64,000 nucleotides of DNA from positions 64,001 to 128,000 of the forward strand of contig JANRKS010000023.1 in the NCBI GenBank assembly GCA_033763315.1, read 5' to 3'. This DNA comes from Deltaproteobacteria bacterium (GTDB lineage Bacteria > Myxococcota_A > Polyangia > Fen-1088). Below the pieces are notes generated by a model. The model had not been told where the DNA came from, ran no database searches, and saw only the letters and a program-made list of their open reading frames with translations. Position numbers and translations under genes: made by a program. Shown piece by piece: positions 40,269-50,371 of this stretch (positions within the stretch are counted from its first letter, which is position 1; each line of letters begins with the position of its first letter).

Positions 40269-42020
40269 ATGTCAGACGCCGGCGATCCTAAGAACAACAG
40301 CAAGAAGCCCCTTCGCAGCCAAGGTTGGTTCGGACGGCCGGAGCCCGAAGGGATGCTCTACCGGTCCTGGATGCGCAACCAGGGCCGCCCTTCGCATGTG
40401 TTCGATGGCCGGCCCGTCATCGGCATTTGCAACACGTGGTCGGAGCTCACGCCTTGCAATGGGCACCTGCGAGATCTCGCCGAGCATGTGAAGCGCGGCG
40501 TTTATGAAATGGGCGGCTTCCCCGTGGAGTTCCCCGTGATGAGCTTGGGCGAAACGCTGATGCGCCCCACGACGATGATGTTCCGCAATCTGGCGAGCAT
40601 GGACGTGGAAGAGAGCATCCGTGCAAACCCCATGGACGGCGTGGTGTTGCTGGTGGGCTGTGACAAAACCACCCCTAGCCTGCTGATGGGCGCGGCCAGT
40701 TGTGATTTGCCCACGATTACCCTATCGGGCGGGCCGATGCTTAACGGCCGCTTCCGCGGGCAAACCGTGGGCTCGGGCACCTTGATGTGGGACATCACCA
40801 GCAAGCTCAAGACGGGCGAGATGAACGAAGCGGACGTGCACGAAGCGGAATCGTGCATGTCGCGCTCTGTGGGATCGTGCATGACGATGGGCACGGCTTC
40901 TACAATGGCCTCGATGGTGGAGGCCTTGGGCGTGGGCTTGCCAACGAACGCGGCGATCCCCGCGGCCGATTCCCGTCGCGGCGTCTTGGCTCATATGGTG
41001 GGCCGGCGCATCGTGGAGATGGTCAAAGAGGATCTGCGCTTATCGAAGGTGCTGACCAAGGCCGCGTTCGAGAACGCCATACGCGCCAATGGCGCCATCG
41101 GCGGATCCACGAACGCCGTCATTCACTTGATCGCGCTCGCCGGTCGCTTGGGCGTAGATCTGACGCTTGCCGATTGGGATCGGTTGGGCCGCGAAGTGCC
41201 GTGCCTTGTGGATCTGATGCCCTCGGGGCGCTTCTTGATGGAAGATTTTTACTACGCCGGGGGCTTGCCGGTGGTGATGCGCGAGCTTGGTGATCTCATT
41301 CATAAAGACGCGTTGACCGTGAATGGCAAGACGATCTGGGAGAACGTCAAAGACGCGAAGAACTACAACCCCGAAGTGATTCATCCGATCACCAAACCGT
41401 TTAAGCCCCAAGGCGGCATCGCCGTTTTGAGCGGCAATTTGTGCCCGCAAGGCGCGATCTTGAAGCCATCGGCGGCCTCGCCTTCTCTCATGAACCACCG
41501 AGGGCCCGCCGTGGTGTTCGAGGACATGGACGATTACCACCGACGCATTGATGATCCGGCTTTGGACGTCACGCCCGACAGCGTTTTGGTGCTGAAGAAC
41601 TGCGGGCCGCGCGGGTACCCCGGTTTTCCCGAGGTGGGCAACTTCGCGTTGCCACGCAAGATCTTGCAGCAAGGTGTGACGGATATGATCCGCATCTCTG
41701 ATGCGCGCATGAGTGGCACCGCCTATGGCACCGTGGTTTTGCACACGGCGCCTGAAGCGAACTTGGGAGGCCCGATCGCGCTTGTGAAGCATGGCGACAT
41801 CGTTCACCTGGATGTGCTCGGCCGAAAGCTGCACCTGGAGGTCAGCGACGAAGAGCTCGCCCGCCGGCGGGCCGATTGGAAAGCCCCCGCGCCGCACGCC
41901 ACGCGTGGCTACGTGAAGCTGTTTTTGGATCACGTCACACAAGCCGACCAAGGCTGCGATTTCGACTTCCTCCGCGGCGGCAGCGGCGCCGAAGTGCCGC
42001 CGCACGGGAACCACGACTAA
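40269..42020 (+). CDS. IlvD/Edd-family sugar-acid (arabonate-type) dehydratase
   Basis: WSELTPCN, GCDKTTP, CMTMGTASTM, GGSTNA, SDARMSGTAYG. Confidence 0.92.
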   Translation: MSDAGDPKNNSKKPLRSQGWFGRPEPEGMLYRSWMRNQGRPSHVFDGRPVIGICNTWSELTPCNGHLRDLAEHVKRGVYEMGGFPVEFPVMSLGETLMRPTTMMFRNLASMDVEESIRANPMDGVVLLVGCDKTTPSLLMGAASCDLPTITLSGGPMLNGRFRGQTVGSGTLMWDITSKLKTGEMNEADVHEAESCMSRSVGSCMTMGTASTMASMVEALGVGLPTNAAIPAADSRRGVLAHMVGRRIVEMVKEDLRLSKVLTKAAFENAIRANGAIGGSTNAVIHLIALAGRLGVDLTLADWDRLGREVPCLVDLMPSGRFLMEDFYYAGGLPVVMRELGDLIHKDALTVNGKTIWENVKDAKNYNPEVIHPITKPFKPQGGIAVLSGNLCPQGAILKPSAASPSLMNHRGPAVVFEDMDDYHRRIDDPALDVTPDSVLVLKNCGPRGYPGFPEVGNFALPRKILQQGVTDMIRISDARMSGTAYGTVVLHTAPEANLGGPIALVKHGDIVHLDVLGRKLHLEVSDEELARRRADWKAPAPHATRGYVKLFLDHVTQADQGCDFDFLRGGSGAEVPPHGNHD

Positions 42021-43234
42021 ACGAGCTCGGCCAGCGCCGAAGCCGCGCTGGCCACCAGCACCCGGCTGCTGCCCACTTGGTGCGTGCGAAAGTGCCCGGG
42101 TGCTCCAACAAGCTGCACCGCGAATGGACATTTGATGTGGGGTAGGAACTTCTGCCAATGAGGAGAAGGAGCCACATCGCTCAACTTCGCCTCAACGGCC
42201 AACCATGGCTTTCGCCCCCTAAGGACCAAGAAGTCGACCTCGTTCTTGTCTTTGTTTCTTAAGTACGTCAATTCGAAAACGCCTTCACCCGTGTCGGTCC
42301 AAAAGTCACACGCCTTCAGCAAATGACACGCCACAAGGTTCTCGAACCTCGGCCCCGCAGCCTCAACCTCGCTCCAGTCCCACAAATAAAGTTTCCCCTC
42401 TTTCTTGAGACTTCGCGCCAAACCTTTGGAATAGGGACGCAACTCGAAGGCGTAATAGAGTTCCTTTAGTGCCGACAACCACCTCGTGACGGTGTCGTGG
42501 CTGACCTCAAGATCCTCGCGCAAAGAAGCACGCGAGAGCAAAGAGCCCACCCGCTCAGGCAGAAGCGCCGCTAACATTTCCACCCGGTCCAGTTCAGGCA
42601 GGCGAGACAAATCGCGCAGGTCTTCGCGGATCACCTTCTCGACCCGGCTTTGTCGCCACACGCGCGCACGCCTATCGCTGGCTGACAAAAATGGCTCGGG
42701 AAAGCCGCCAAAGCGGAGCAAAGCCCGAAGCGCTTCCTCGGCACCGCTTACAGCTTCACCGTTTATGAGCGCTTGCAAACACATGTCAGGACTGCGATCT
42801 GCGGCTGCGCCCACAATTTCGGCGCAGGAAAAAGGATGCATCCGAAAGTGAAGCGACCTGCCAAGCAAGCTGTCGCCCCCTTTCTTGTAAACATTCAGCC
42901 TGGCGCTTCCCGTGACCAGAGCGTCCCACGGTGCTTGCCGCGTATCGAAAAGACCTTTGAGCGTTCGCTTCCATCCTTTCGCCTTATGAATCTCGTCAAA
43001 TACATAAAGGGGCACGCTCCCCTCATCTGACGGGACCAGTGACGAAGGATCCTTGGCCCACGAGCGCCGGAACTTGATCTCGTCCCAGTTGAAGTAGGCA
43101 CCATGCCCGCGCTGGGTAAGCAGCATGCGGGCCATGGTGGTTTTACCGCACTGCCTGGGGCCCGACACCATGGCGATTTTGTGACCGGCGAACGCCAGTT
43201 CAGGCACGAGGGAGGCAAGGTAGCGAGCTCTCAT
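42017..43234 (-). CDS. AAA+ ATPase with DUF4143 (wHTH plus PD-(D/E)xK-like C-terminus)
   Basis: GPRQCGKTT, FDEIHK, VTGSA, LLGR, GGFPE, EVDF..VEAK. Confidence 0.9.
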   Translation of the reverse strand: MRARYLASLVPELAFAGHKIAMVSGPRQCGKTTMARMLLTQRGHGAYFNWDEIKFRRSWAKDPSSLVPSDEGSVPLYVFDEIHKAKGWKRTLKGLFDTRQAPWDALVTGSARLNVYKKGGDSLLGRSLHFRMHPFSCAEIVGAAADRSPDMCLQALINGEAVSGAEEALRALLRFGGFPEPFLSASDRRARVWRQSRVEKVIREDLRDLSRLPELDRVEMLAALLPERVGSLLSRASLREDLEVSHDTVTRWLSALKELYYAFELRPYSKGLARSLKKEGKLYLWDWSEVEAAGPRFENLVACHLLKACDFWTDTGEGVFELTYLRNKDKNEVDFLVLRGRKPWLAVEAKLSDVAPSPHWQKFLPHIKCPFAVQLVGAPGHFRTHQVGSSRVLVASAASALAELV

Positions 43235-43238
43235 GGAG

Positions 43239-43349
43239 CGACCATTTTACGACCTGACACGAATTTGGTCACGACCAAATTCCGATGTGACGCGAATTTG
43301 GCCAGGGGCCGCCGTGCGACCAAATTCCGATCTGACGCGAATTTGGTCG
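43239..43349. repeat. Three 33-bp palindromic direct repeats
   Basis: 43239-43271, 43272-43304 and 43317-43349; consensus CGACCAAATTC-N11-GAATTTGGTC(A/G). Confidence 0.92.
43244..43272 (-). promoter_or_regulatory. sigma70-like promoter overlapping repeat 1
   Basis: GTGACC-N17-TAAAAT, 9 nt before the ATG of the AAA gene. Confidence 0.6.
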
Positions 43350-43395
43350 GAGCGCTGCCGGCCCCGCGGGGCCTCGGGCATCTTTCGAAACGTGC

Positions 43396-44520
43396 TTAGA
43401 TCGCCGTGGCGGGCCCAGCGGCGGCGGCATCGTTTGACGGCGCGGGCACACCCACGCCGGGCGCGATCCAGCCGCCGCCCAGCACCACGTCGTCTTTGTA
43501 GAACACCGCCGCTTGCCCCGGGGCCACGCCTTCGGCTGGAGCGTCGAAGCGCACGTTCACCAGCCCGGGGCCGGCGGCCTGCACATGCGCTGGATGCGCT
43601 TGGCTGTGGTGGCGAATCTGCACCGCCGCTTGTGTGCCTTCGGCCGGCACGTCCACCAACCAGCGCACGTTCTCCACGCGCACCTCGGTGCGACCAAGTT
43701 GATCGCGCGGCCCCGTATAAACCGTGCCCGTGTTGGGATCGATGCGCAGCACGAAGCGCTTCTTTCCATCCACGCCAGGCAGCCCTTTGCGTTGGCCGAT
43801 CGTGAAGTGGTGCGTGCCGTTGTGGGTGGCCAACGTTTGGCCCTCTTCACCCACCACAACGCCCGCGCGGCCACCGCCACGCTGTTCGACGAAGCTTTTG
43901 TGATCGCCATCGGGAACAAAGCACAGCTGCTGTGAATCGGGCTTGTCACAGTTGGGCAAGCCAAACCGCCGCGCGTATTCGCGCGTCTGTTCTTTGCGCA
44001 GCTCACCGAGTGGAAACAACACCTGGTTGAACACTTCAGCGCGCACGCCGAACAGAAAGTACGACTGATCCTTGTCGTGATCCACGGCGCGCAGAAGCCG
44101 CGTGCCTGAGGGCGTGTTTTGCAAGCGCGCATAGTGGCCCGTGGCCAGTTTGGATGCACCCACGGCATTGGCAAAGGCCACCAGCGGGCCAAACTTGATC
44201 TTTTCGTTGCACTTCACGCACGGGTTCGGCGTGCGGCCAGCGCGGTACTCCTCCACGAAGTCGTCGATCACGGCTTCTTTGAAAGCTTCCACTTCATCAA
44301 GCACGTAGTGCGGGAAACCCAATTGGGCAGCGGTGGCGCGGGCGTCTTCGATGTCGCGGGGGCTGCAGCACCGGCCGCCGATCGAAGCCGCGGTTCCCGC
44401 CGCGTTGTAGAGCTTCAATGTCACACCCACGACGTCGTAACCGGCTTCACACAGCACGGCCGCCGCGGTTGACGAATCAACCCCGCCTGACATCGCCACA
44501 ACAATTCGTTCACGTGACAT
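43396..44520 (-). CDS. mnmA: tRNA 2-thiouridylase
   Basis: AMSGGVDSS, TPNPCVKCN, ATGHYA, KDQSYFL, TIGQRKG, PGQAAVFY. Confidence 0.97.
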   Translation of the reverse strand: MSRERIVVAMSGGVDSSTAAAVLCEAGYDVVGVTLKLYNAAGTAASIGGRCCSPRDIEDARATAAQLGFPHYVLDEVEAFKEAVIDDFVEEYRAGRTPNPCVKCNEKIKFGPLVAFANAVGASKLATGHYARLQNTPSGTRLLRAVDHDKDQSYFLFGVRAEVFNQVLFPLGELRKEQTREYARRFGLPNCDKPDSQQLCFVPDGDHKSFVEQRGGGRAGVVVGEEGQTLATHNGTHHFTIGQRKGLPGVDGKKRFVLRIDPNTGTVYTGPRDQLGRTEVRVENVRWLVDVPAEGTQAAVQIRHHSQAHPAHVQAAGPGLVNVRFDAPAEGVAPGQAAVFYKDDVVLGGGWIAPGVGVPAPSNDAAAAGPATAI

Positions 44521-44589
44521 ATGCAAAGCCCTCGCAAGTCGTGCTGCGCCAAAAGCGCGAAAAGGGTCGGAATATAGCCGACGATTCGG

Positions 44590-46956
44590 CTAGTCGCCGT
44601 CACAAAGCGGCGCCATCAGGCTGTCCACGTCGTCCATCGTCAAAGCGGGGCGCTGGGCCGAGCCGGTGCCCAGGATGCCGTCGGCCAAGGCCCGTTTGCG
44701 GCGCTGCAGCGCCATCATGCGCTCCTCCACGCTGCCGGCGGCGATGAGGTTGTAGACGAATACGGGCTTGGTTTGGCCGATTCGGTAGGCGCGATCCGTG
44801 GCCTGCGCTTGCACGGCCGGGTTCCACCAGGGGTCATAGTGAATCACCGTGTCCGCGCTCGTGAGGTTGAGCCCGGTGCCGCCGGCCTTCAGGCTGATAA
44901 GGAAAACCTCAACTTGGCGCCCTTCGAACGCGTCCACCACTTTCTGCCGGTTGGGGGTGGCGCCCGTCAGCGTCACGAAACGGATGCCGCGATCGGTGAG
45001 CCCCTGCCCTATCAGCGCCAACATTGAGGCGAATTGCGAAAAGATGAGAGCCCGGCGTCCACGCGGAATCTGTTGTTCCAGCAGTTCCATCAGCAAATCG
45101 AACTTGGCGGAAGGCTTCACCGAACGCGCGGATTCAAGGGGCACCAAGCGCGGATCGCAGCACACTTGGCGCAACTTCATCAGCGCGTCCAAGATCGTGA
45201 ACGCCGACGCCGCCAAGCCCTTCTCAGCGATCGCCTGCCGCACCTGCGTGTGCGCCGCCAAGCGAATGCTTTCGTACAGATCGCGCTGGGTGCCGCGCAG
45301 TTCGACGGGGCGAACGATTTCGGTTTTGGGTGGCAGCTCCGTGGCCACTTGTTCCTTGGTTCGTCGCAACAAAAATGGCGTCACCTGCTGGCGCAATTCA
45401 TCCAAACGCTGTTTGCTGCCCTCACGTTCGATCGGCTGCACATACTTTTGTTTGAACCATTCGGCGTTGCCCAACAGGCCGGGCATCAGGAAATCAAACT
45501 GCGCCCACAGCTCATCCAAACCGTTTTCGATGGGCGTGCCTGTTAAACACAGGCGGTGCCGCGCCGTGATCGTTTTGACCGATTGGTGGGCTTGGCTGCG
45601 CGCGTTCTTCACCGCCTGCGCTTCGTCCAAGATCAGCAGGTGAAACGGCGTGGTTGAAAAGAAATCCTGATCGCGCACCAGCAACGGGTACGTGGTGATC
45701 ACGACGTCCGTGCGACGAGCCAGATACCGCAGCGATTTGCGCTGTGGCCCGTGCATCACCACCACGCGCAGGTCCGGCGCGAATTTCTCGATCTCGCGGC
45801 GCCAGTTGCCCGTGAGGCTGGTCAGCGTCACCACCACGGCGGGCAAGTCCAAACGGCCGGCTTCTTTTTCGGCGGCGATGTGCGCAATGGTTTGCAGCGT
45901 TTTGCCCAAGCCCATGTCGTCGGCCAAGATGCCGCCGGCTTCGCTGGCGCGCATGTGTTGCAGCCAGGCAAGGCCTTCTTGCTGATACTCGCGTAAATTG
46001 GCCTGCAAGCCCTTAGGTGGCGGGGCCACAGCCATTGGCTTGCTCACCCAGGCCTTTCCACGATCCTTGATCTCCGCCGCGCCTTCCCACTCCAAACGAG
46101 CGCCTTCCGAGCCGCCAAACGCGTCGTCGAGCTCAGCCAAATGGCCCGCTTGATTGCCCGGGAACGCCAACACGTCGGTGCGGCCGTCCCCGCGGTACAG
46201 ATCGCCCAAGACCTTCATCAACACGCGCAACCGCTCGGGCGGAATCAGCACGAAACGGTTGTCGTCTACAGGGATGGCCACGGGACGCCCACGGCGTGGC
46301 ACGAGGCTTTCGAATTCGTCGGGGGCGCCGCCACGTTCGATCAAATCCAACAACGCCGGCAACAGATTCACGCGGCGTCCATCGACCTCAATGCCGAGCT
46401 CAAGGTTGAACCAGTCGGCCTTTTCGTCGCTGCCGGGCGCCGGGGCCACGTTGGCGTACCAGGCGCTGTCGCTGTCCACGACTTGCCAGGGGTATTGTTC
46501 GGCGATCTCAACGTGAAAACCGAGCGCACGCAGCTGGGGCACGGCGTGCGCCGTAAAACCGCAGCGGGCGGCGTCGTCAGCGTCAATGCCCACAACGTAA
46601 TCGGCCTTGCACCCCAGCGGCGCTTCATGCGATTCGAGGACGGCCAGCTCCACGGGGCCAAAACTTTCCAGCACCTGACGGGCGCGCGCTTCGGCTGAAA
46701 CGTCACGAGCCACCCGTGCCACTTCAGGCGTCCACGGCCGCCCGCCGCCCACCAGCACGCCGCCGTAGTTGAACCCAAGCGACAACACGGCCGCCACCAC
46801 CTCTTCTTCGTGGTTGCCAAAGCTGGCCGCCGCCACGAGCCGCTCGGTGTAGAGCTGGACCTGGGGAATAAACGGCCAGGCCCCACCCGTGGGGTGCCGG
46901 CCTTTGGCCAAGGTGGCATCCAGGTGTGAACGAACGTTGGCCGGGGCCGAAGACAT
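44590..46956 (-). CDS. SNF2-family helicase
   Basis: LADDMGLGKT, DEAQ, LTGTPIEN, FSQF, DPWWNPA..QATDRAYRIGQ. Confidence 0.95.
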   Translation of the reverse strand: MSSAPANVRSHLDATLAKGRHPTGGAWPFIPQVQLYTERLVAAASFGNHEEEVVAAVLSLGFNYGGVLVGGGRPWTPEVARVARDVSAEARARQVLESFGPVELAVLESHEAPLGCKADYVVGIDADDAARCGFTAHAVPQLRALGFHVEIAEQYPWQVVDSDSAWYANVAPAPGSDEKADWFNLELGIEVDGRRVNLLPALLDLIERGGAPDEFESLVPRRGRPVAIPVDDNRFVLIPPERLRVLMKVLGDLYRGDGRTDVLAFPGNQAGHLAELDDAFGGSEGARLEWEGAAEIKDRGKAWVSKPMAVAPPPKGLQANLREYQQEGLAWLQHMRASEAGGILADDMGLGKTLQTIAHIAAEKEAGRLDLPAVVVTLTSLTGNWRREIEKFAPDLRVVVMHGPQRKSLRYLARRTDVVITTYPLLVRDQDFFSTTPFHLLILDEAQAVKNARSQAHQSVKTITARHRLCLTGTPIENGLDELWAQFDFLMPGLLGNAEWFKQKYVQPIEREGSKQRLDELRQQVTPFLLRRTKEQVATELPPKTEIVRPVELRGTQRDLYESIRLAAHTQVRQAIAEKGLAASAFTILDALMKLRQVCCDPRLVPLESARSVKPSAKFDLLMELLEQQIPRGRRALIFSQFASMLALIGQGLTDRGIRFVTLTGATPNRQKVVDAFEGRQVEVFLISLKAGGTGLNLTSADTVIHYDPWWNPAVQAQATDRAYRIGQTKPVFVYNLIAAGSVEERMMALQRRKRALADGILGTGSAQRPALTMDDVDSLMAPLCDGD

Positions 46957-47220
46957 GGCGTGGGGGAAGTATCGGGGGACGTTGGCGGCTGGCGAAATTT
47001 TCGAACAGGGGTTCACCATCGCTCAGGGCGCGCCTCCCCACAACCCCGCTGTGGACAGGGCGAGTGGGCGTAAGTGCACGTAGTTAAAAACCATTCTGCC
47101 CACAACGCATGACAGCAGAAGACAGGGCGTCGACAGGGGCGCGGCCCATACGACGTGCGCAGGCGCTGGTGGTTTCTGGTTGCACCACCACGGCCTCGCG
47201 GGTTATGGCTTGGATATCCA

Positions 47221-47256
47221 TTTCCAATATAGAAATATAATTTTCAATAATGAAAA
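47221..47256 (+). promoter_or_regulatory. Tandem IclR-type operators with TATAAT -10, overlapping the start codon
   Basis: TTTCC-N6-GAAAT (47221) and TTTTC-N6-GAAAA (47241), 20 bp apart; TATAAT at 47236-47241. Confidence 0.65.
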
Positions 47257-48014
47257 ACGAGATACCTAACCTCGGCAAGGCTTGCCAAGCCCTCAAGGCC
47301 ATCGCGGAGGCGCCGCACGGACTCACCATGGGCGAGGTTGAGTCGATCGTCGCTGCGTCTCAGACCACGACCTTTCGCCTCCTGAACACGTTGTGCGGCG
47401 AAGGGTTTCTCGAAAAACGCGACCGCAACTACCACATCGGGCCGGCCCTCATACAACTCGGCCTTGCGGCGTTGGGAAGGGTCAACCTGCGCACGGTGGC
47501 TGGGCCCGTTTTGCGAACGCTGGCCGCACGCACGGGAGAAACCGCGCACGTGGCCATTCCCGCGGGCAACGCCTCTTTGATACTTGATGTGTGCGAGAGC
47601 GACAGCCCTGTTCGCGCAGCCTCGCGCGCTGGCGCCTTGGCCGACCTGCATTGCTCGTCTACAGGCAAAGTGTTTCTGGCTTTTCGCGAGGGCGAAGAGA
47701 ACGCGGAGGCGTCCGTCGCGCCATTGCAGAAGCGTACGGCCCGCACGATGACCGACTGGCGCGCTTTGATCGCTGAATTGGCACGCGTCCGCGACCAGGG
47801 CTTCGCGATCGATGACGGCGAATATTACGAAGGCGTGCGCTGCTTGGCCGCGCCGGTGCGCAATGCCACGGGGCAAGTTGTGGGAGCCATCGGCATCACC
47901 GCCGCGGCATCGAGCTTCACGCCCAGCCGCGATACAGAAGTGGCGCGCGAGGTGCTTGCGGCGGCCGAACAGATCACGTGGGCGCTGAGCGGAAAATCAA
48001 TCGCCGTGGCCTGA
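47250..48014 (+). CDS. IclR-family regulator
   Basis: HTH TTTFRLLNTL; GETAH, STGKV, GVRCLAAPV. Confidence 0.93.
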   Translation: MKNEIPNLGKACQALKAIAEAPHGLTMGEVESIVAASQTTTFRLLNTLCGEGFLEKRDRNYHIGPALIQLGLAALGRVNLRTVAGPVLRTLAARTGETAHVAIPAGNASLILDVCESDSPVRAASRAGALADLHCSSTGKVFLAFREGEENAEASVAPLQKRTARTMTDWRALIAELARVRDQGFAIDDGEYYEGVRCLAAPVRNATGQVVGAIGITAAASSFTPSRDTEVAREVLAAAEQITWALSGKSIAVA

Positions 48015-48034
48015 GCCAAACCCGAGGATTCTCA

Positions 48035-50335
48035 ATGACAACAAAACACCGTTCTTGTTCGCTTGCGTGCGCCTGGACCATTTTGATCATCGGTTTGGCG
48101 GCGCCGCGATCGAGCCATTCACAGCCCGCGATGAATGTGCCGGCACCGCAGCCACTATCGGGTGCGTTGCAACCCGAGGCCGTGCGTCAGGTGCTGCAAC
48201 GGGTGGCGGACTGGCAACTGGCCAACCGCACGTCCAAGCACGATCCACGTGGATGGGTTCAAGGGGCGCTTTACACGGGGTTGCTGGCCTGGGCAGACCT
48301 GGCTCCAAGCGATAGGTACCGCAACGAACTGCGGCGCATCGCTCAAGACAATGGCTGGAAACTGGGGTCAAGGCCGTACCACGCAGACGATCACGTGGTG
48401 GGCCAGCTCTACTTGGGCTTGCACGCGCACGACGACGATCCGAAAGAGATCGCCGAAGTGCAAAAGCAGTTCGACTGGATCTTGCAACACCCCGCAACCA
48501 CCACGTTGACCTTCGAGGGGTACGACAAAAGTCTCGCGCCTCTTGATCGATGGAGTTGGTGCGACGCTTTGTTCATGGCGCCCGCCACATGGGCTCAGCT
48601 TTACGCTGCCACCGGGGACCAACGTTACTTGGATTTCATGATCAAAGAGTGGTGGAGCACCACAGATTTCTTGTACGACAAGAAGGAACATTTGTTCTTT
48701 CGGGACAGCCGCTTCTTTGATCAACGCGAAGCGAATGGCCGCAAAATCTTTTGGAGCCGCGGCAATGGCTGGGTGTTTGCGGGCCTTGTGCGTGTGCTGG
48801 ATGTGCTGCCTGCCGATCATGTGGAACGCCCACGCTTCGAGGCCTTGTTTCGCAACTTGGCAAACGCCTTGCTGCGCGCGCAGCAGTCCGATGGTTTGTG
48901 GCGTACGGGTTTGCTTGATCCAGAACGTTGGGGGCAGCCGGAAACAAGTGGAAGCGCGTTCTTTGCGTATGGATTCGCGTGGGGTCTGAACCACAAGCTG
49001 CTCGATTCGACGCGCTTTTTGCCGGCGTTGCGACGCGCTTGGCCCGCGCTGGTGGCCGCGGTTGGCGAAGATGGGCGCGTGGGTTGGGTGCAACCGATCG
49101 GCGACGCACCCCGCACCTTGACTAAAGAGATGACGGAGCTTTATGGTGCCGGCGCGTTTTTGTTGGCGGGCGTTGAGTTGCACAAGTGGCTCACAAGCCA
49201 GGGCGCCGCGGCCACCATGCAGGTATTGAATCCCCTGCCCTCTCTGCGGCGCCACGAGACGATCGAATTGGCATGGGAACAGGTGGCAAAGCTGGCTCCC
49301 GCCCTCAAAGCAGCGAACCTGCAAATCATCGACGCTCGCACGGGCCAGGCGCTGCAAACGCAGGTACTGGATCTTGACGGCAATGGTCGCCCGGAGAAGT
49401 TGCTGTTTCAAACAAACTTAGGCGCACGCCAAGGCGCTTTGTTTTGGCTTCGCACCAAGCCTGCTATCGCGACGCCGGCCACAGACCCTCGCCTGTTGGC
49501 CCGGGTGGTGCCCGAACGTCTTGACGATTTCGCGTGGGAAAACGATCGCGTGGCGTTCCGTATGTACGGCCCCGCGCTGGAGCGCTCGGGTGAAGTGTCG
49601 AGCGGCGTGGACCTGTGGTCAAAACGCGGGCCCGACCTTGTGATCAACGATTGGTATAAGGGCGACGACTATCACAAGGATCACGGCCAAGGCGGCGACT
49701 TTTACAAAGTGGGACCAAGCCGAGGGTGCGGCGGCACCGGCGTCATTCACGGAGACAAGTTGGGTGTCACGAAAAACTGGCAAACGGCAAAGGTGCTGGC
49801 TGCGGGCCCTGTGAGGACGGTCTTCGAACTTCAGTACGCGCCCTGGCTTGGCCCGAACGGAGGGCCGGTGCACGAATACAAACGGGTGTCGTTAGATTAC
49901 GGCCACGTGTTTTCCCGATTCGAAACTGCTTTCAAGCATCACTTACCTGCAGCCACGCGGTTCGCCGCCGGCATCGTGAAACGTGCGGGTGCCCAGATCA
50001 AACAGGAAGACAAAAAGAATTGGCTTGCGGTGTGGGAGCCTGCGGACGGCGGTAATGGCAACACGGGCTGCGCCGTCATTATGCCGGCGAAAGACGTGGC
50101 TTTCCATGAGATCGACGGCAACGTCATGTTGAGCCAGTCACCGGGGGCTGGTTTGCGCTTTGTTCATTGGGCGGGCGGTGTGTGGGATCGCGCCGGCCGC
50201 GTGGCCTCATCTGACGACTGGAACAAGAGAGTCGCAGACTTCAGCCAACGGCTTTCTCATCCGTTGCGGATCAAGCTTGCGCGAGGACAAGGTGTGGCCG
50301 CGACACCGGCCGTGAGGCGTCTGGCGGTCCATTAA
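48035..50335 (+). CDS. GH105/GH88 unsaturated uronyl hydrolase fused to DUF4861
   Basis: Signal peptide; HADD, WCDALFM, FWSRGNGW, ETSGSA; ERLDDFAWENDRVAFRMYGP. Confidence 0.9.
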   Translation: MTTKHRSCSLACAWTILIIGLAAPRSSHSQPAMNVPAPQPLSGALQPEAVRQVLQRVADWQLANRTSKHDPRGWVQGALYTGLLAWADLAPSDRYRNELRRIAQDNGWKLGSRPYHADDHVVGQLYLGLHAHDDDPKEIAEVQKQFDWILQHPATTTLTFEGYDKSLAPLDRWSWCDALFMAPATWAQLYAATGDQRYLDFMIKEWWSTTDFLYDKKEHLFFRDSRFFDQREANGRKIFWSRGNGWVFAGLVRVLDVLPADHVERPRFEALFRNLANALLRAQQSDGLWRTGLLDPERWGQPETSGSAFFAYGFAWGLNHKLLDSTRFLPALRRAWPALVAAVGEDGRVGWVQPIGDAPRTLTKEMTELYGAGAFLLAGVELHKWLTSQGAAATMQVLNPLPSLRRHETIELAWEQVAKLAPALKAANLQIIDARTGQALQTQVLDLDGNGRPEKLLFQTNLGARQGALFWLRTKPAIATPATDPRLLARVVPERLDDFAWENDRVAFRMYGPALERSGEVSSGVDLWSKRGPDLVINDWYKGDDYHKDHGQGGDFYKVGPSRGCGGTGVIHGDKLGVTKNWQTAKVLAAGPVRTVFELQYAPWLGPNGGPVHEYKRVSLDYGHVFSRFETAFKHHLPAATRFAAGIVKRAGAQIKQEDKKNWLAVWEPADGGNGNTGCAVIMPAKDVAFHEIDGNVMLSQSPGAGLRFVHWAGGVWDRAGRVASSDDWNKRVADFSQRLSHPLRIKLARGQGVAATPAVRRLAVH

Positions 50336-50371
50336 AGCGACGTGCGGGAGGCGCGCCCGTTCGCGCTGCCC

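Noticed and set aside
43239-43349. Mini CRISPR array
   Set aside because: Repeats abut or are separated by only 12 bp, there are no unique spacers and no cas genes; better explained as operators
42017-43349. Insertion sequence with terminal inverted repeats
   Set aside because: No transposase motif, and no matching repeat or target duplication seen at the 3' end
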